Shown here: in pieces, positions 62,245 to 64,000 of the stretch
Numbering within the stretch: position 1 is the first letter of the stretch
Layout of the letters: the number at the start of each line of letters is the position of its first letter
Translations under genes and position numbers: made by a program
NCBI GenBank assembly: GCA_964514975.1
Contig: CAZESS010000003.1
Location: forward strand, 1 to 64,000
DNA from: an uncultured Thermoplasmatales archaeon
GTDB lineage: Archaea; Thermoplasmatota; E2; UBA202; DSCA01
DNA length: 64,000 bases
Direction: 5' to 3'
Notes under the pieces: generated by a model
The model's database searches: none
What the model saw: only the letters and a program-made list of their open reading frames with translations
What the model was told of the DNA's origin: nothing

Positions 62245-64000
62245 TTACGCCGTTATCGGCGTGGGCTCGGTCCACCCGGGGCTGTAGACCGTCATCGTCG
62301 GGTCGCCGAAGATGACCTGCACATGGCTGATGTAGGTCGACGACCATCCATAGAGCGATGCGGGATCATCAGTCGTGTAATCCCGGTAGATGAGCCATGC
62401 ATGTTTCGAATATGCCTCGCCGATGCTGGCCCCGTTGACCATGACCTCATGCAATGCCACGTCGTCCAGGTAGTCCGCAGGTGGACAGCTCCCCGTGCCC
62501 GCGTTGCCGTACCACAGCGCGGCCCCATGTTCAAGGTAGACGTTGGGGCCGAAATGCTGGCCGGTGGTGCAGCTCATCCAGAGCTCGAAAATGCTGTGCA
62601 GGTTGTCCAGCTCCCTGTCCACCCATTTGAAATGGACGAGGTCGTAGAGCCCGGGCTCCTGCGCGTTGTACCAGGACGTGCCACCCCATCGGGGATACGA
62701 GGCGTCGTCGGTGTGCTGGCCGTCGTAGCCGCTGTAGCCGCGCCAGGAGTCCCACCATTCCCGGTAGGGAGTGCTGACATAGTGCTCCGCGGGCGGGAAC
62801 TGGTCGGCCACGCACTTGTACTGCGCCGATATGCCGGAGCCGCCGGTGCCATGGCCGGCATAGTAGTTGACCGATGCGCCCGCATTGTAGCGCTCCAGCA
62901 GGTTGTCCCAGATGCAGTGCCCCTCATAGAAGCGGTCATGGGACGAAAAGCTCTCCTTGGTCGACCGGGACGAGTACACGTACACGGTTTCGCCGTTGTT
63001 GAGATTCCACTGGGAATAGCGCGTCCCATCGGGATAGTTCATCAGCTGCGACGTGGTGACATCACGCCCGGGGTTGGCGTAGATGATGGCCGGGTACAGG
63101 ATGTCGCGGCAGATGAGATTGGTGTCCATCGCCGGCGTGTCAAAGGGTATCTGCCCGGCATAGGACTCGTTGCCTGACAGGGAGCGCATCACCAGATGGC
63201 TTATGTCGTTCTCGCGGTCGGCGACGAACATGTATGCCTCCTGGCCCTCGCCGTGGAGGCCGTAGCCACCGGTCCATGCCTCGATGGCCTCCTGGATGCC
63301 GCCGTACCATCGCTGGTGCATGTCGAAGCCCGGGTCGGGCACGCTGCCCTCGAAAATGCCCCTGAGCATCTCGCCCAGGTCGAACGGCTCGGCCATCATG
63401 TGGAGATATCCCTGCGCTCGCATGCCATGGTACCAGCCGCCGGCGTATTGACGGTAGGCGGTGGCCTTGTCGAGGAGGTCATAGGCGCCGGGTATCTCGC
63501 CGATGTTCAGCACCGGGCTGCCATGGTAGGCGGCAATCATCGCCGCCGGCGCAAAGTAGCCGCCGCCGGACGCCAGCGAGGTCACCGTGATATAGTTTTC
63601 GGATGCAGCGCTGCTCTTAACAGCGTCGATAATCTCCTGCATGGTCGTGTACTCGGTCGCTCCGCTGACGGATGCACTGCTCACTCCGCCGAGGTTGACA
63701 TAGATGATATCCGAGGTGCCAAGGCTGTCCAGGGCATTTTGCGTCGCCGCCGGTATCTCATCCGCAGCGACATAGAGCAATGGGGCATGGCTGAGCGATG
63801 CGAGGACGGCGCCGTTGGCCGCCGACAGCGCGGCGTTGCTCCGCTGCTCGCTGTGCTCCCTGAGCGTTGCAGTGATATGGTAGGGGATGCTGTCGCTGGT
63901 TTTCTCCTCGCCATAGGGATAATGCGGCGCGACGATGACCGCCCACCGACCTTCCATTGGGTGGTGCACCTCGACAGTATGCTCTCTGGCGGGGACGGGC
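62245..64000 (-). CDS. Gingipain-like (C25 / clan CD) protein, paralog of 3-1313, 5'-truncated by the window edge
   Basis: Frame is open to the window end; YYAGHG, WMSCTTG and IFGDP motifs; collinear with the first ORF. Confidence 0.6.
   Translation of the reverse strand, partial: PVPAREHTVEVHHPMEGRWAVIVAPHYPYGEEKTSDSIPYHITATLREHSEQRSNAALSAANGAVLASLSHAPLLYVAADEIPAATQNALDSLGTSDIIYVNLGGVSSASVSGATEYTTMQEIIDAVKSSAASENYITVTSLASGGGYFAPAAMIAAYHGSPVLNIGEIPGAYDLLDKATAYRQYAGGWYHGMRAQGYLHMMAEPFDLGEMLRGIFEGSVPDPGFDMHQRWYGGIQEAIEAWTGGYGLHGEGQEAYMFVADRENDISHLVMRSLSGNESYAGQIPFDTPAMDTNLICRDILYPAIIYANPGRDVTTSQLMNYPDGTRYSQWNLNNGETVYVYSSRSTKESFSSHDRFYEGHCIWDNLLERYNAGASVNYYAGHGTGGSGISAQYKCVADQFPPAEHYVSTPYREWWDSWRGYSGYDGQHTDDASYPRWGGTSWYNAQEPGLYDLVHFKWVDRELDNLHSIFELWMSCTTGQHFGPNVYLEHGAALWYGNAGTGSCPPADYLDDVALHEVMVNGASIGEAYSKHAWLIYRDYTTDDPASLYGWSSTYISHVQVIFGDPTMTVYSPGWTEPTPITA
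63497..63551. repeat. 55-bp perfect inverted repeat, copy 2
   Basis: Reverse complement of bases 1-55. Confidence 0.9.

Noticed and set aside
1-64000. Long antisense or alternate-frame ORFs (e.g. 41769-43592, 48681-50042, 13087-14325) and CRISPR, tRNA, rRNA or IS elements
   Set aside because: Shadow ORFs arise from high GC3 on well-supported genes. No regularly spaced repeats, RNA gene signatures, transposase or integrase motifs were seen by eye.

Overview
GC-rich archaeal DNA with a dimeric-type tRNA-intron endonuclease, TATA-like promoters, pyrimidine-run terminators and a type II-like GAPDH. Gene content suggests an uncultured anaerobic Thermoplasmata lineage; this taxonomy is inference. 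The window starts and ends in two inward-facing paralogous gingipain-like (C25/clan CD) genes, and bases 1-55 recur exactly in inverted orientation at 63497-63551. The left part holds housekeeping, transport and signalling genes (gap/pgk, galU, trkAH, endA, purQ, membrane PPase, two PAS sensors, pst/phoU). The central ~29 kb (26.3-55.7 kb) is the main discovery candidate. It clusters nearly all TCA-cycle steps in reductive-compatible forms: aconitase, CitDEF citrate lyase with no citC/G/X in the window, IDH, ATP-PEPCK, SucD/SucC, Fe-S fumarase, 4-subunit 2-oxoacid:ferredoxin oxidoreductase and malic enzyme. Within it, one apparent operon runs hdrA-mvhDGA-hdrCB-frdB/frdA-korDABG. This suggests an H2-driven, flavin-bifurcating fumarate/ferredoxin reductase feeding a variant reductive TCA cycle with an unusual citrate-cleavage step. 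The right end carries mre11/rad50, a NUDIX hydrolase, pyrK and a transaldolase. No CRISPR array, rRNA, tRNA or transposase was seen. All calls come from motif reading only; no database searches were run.
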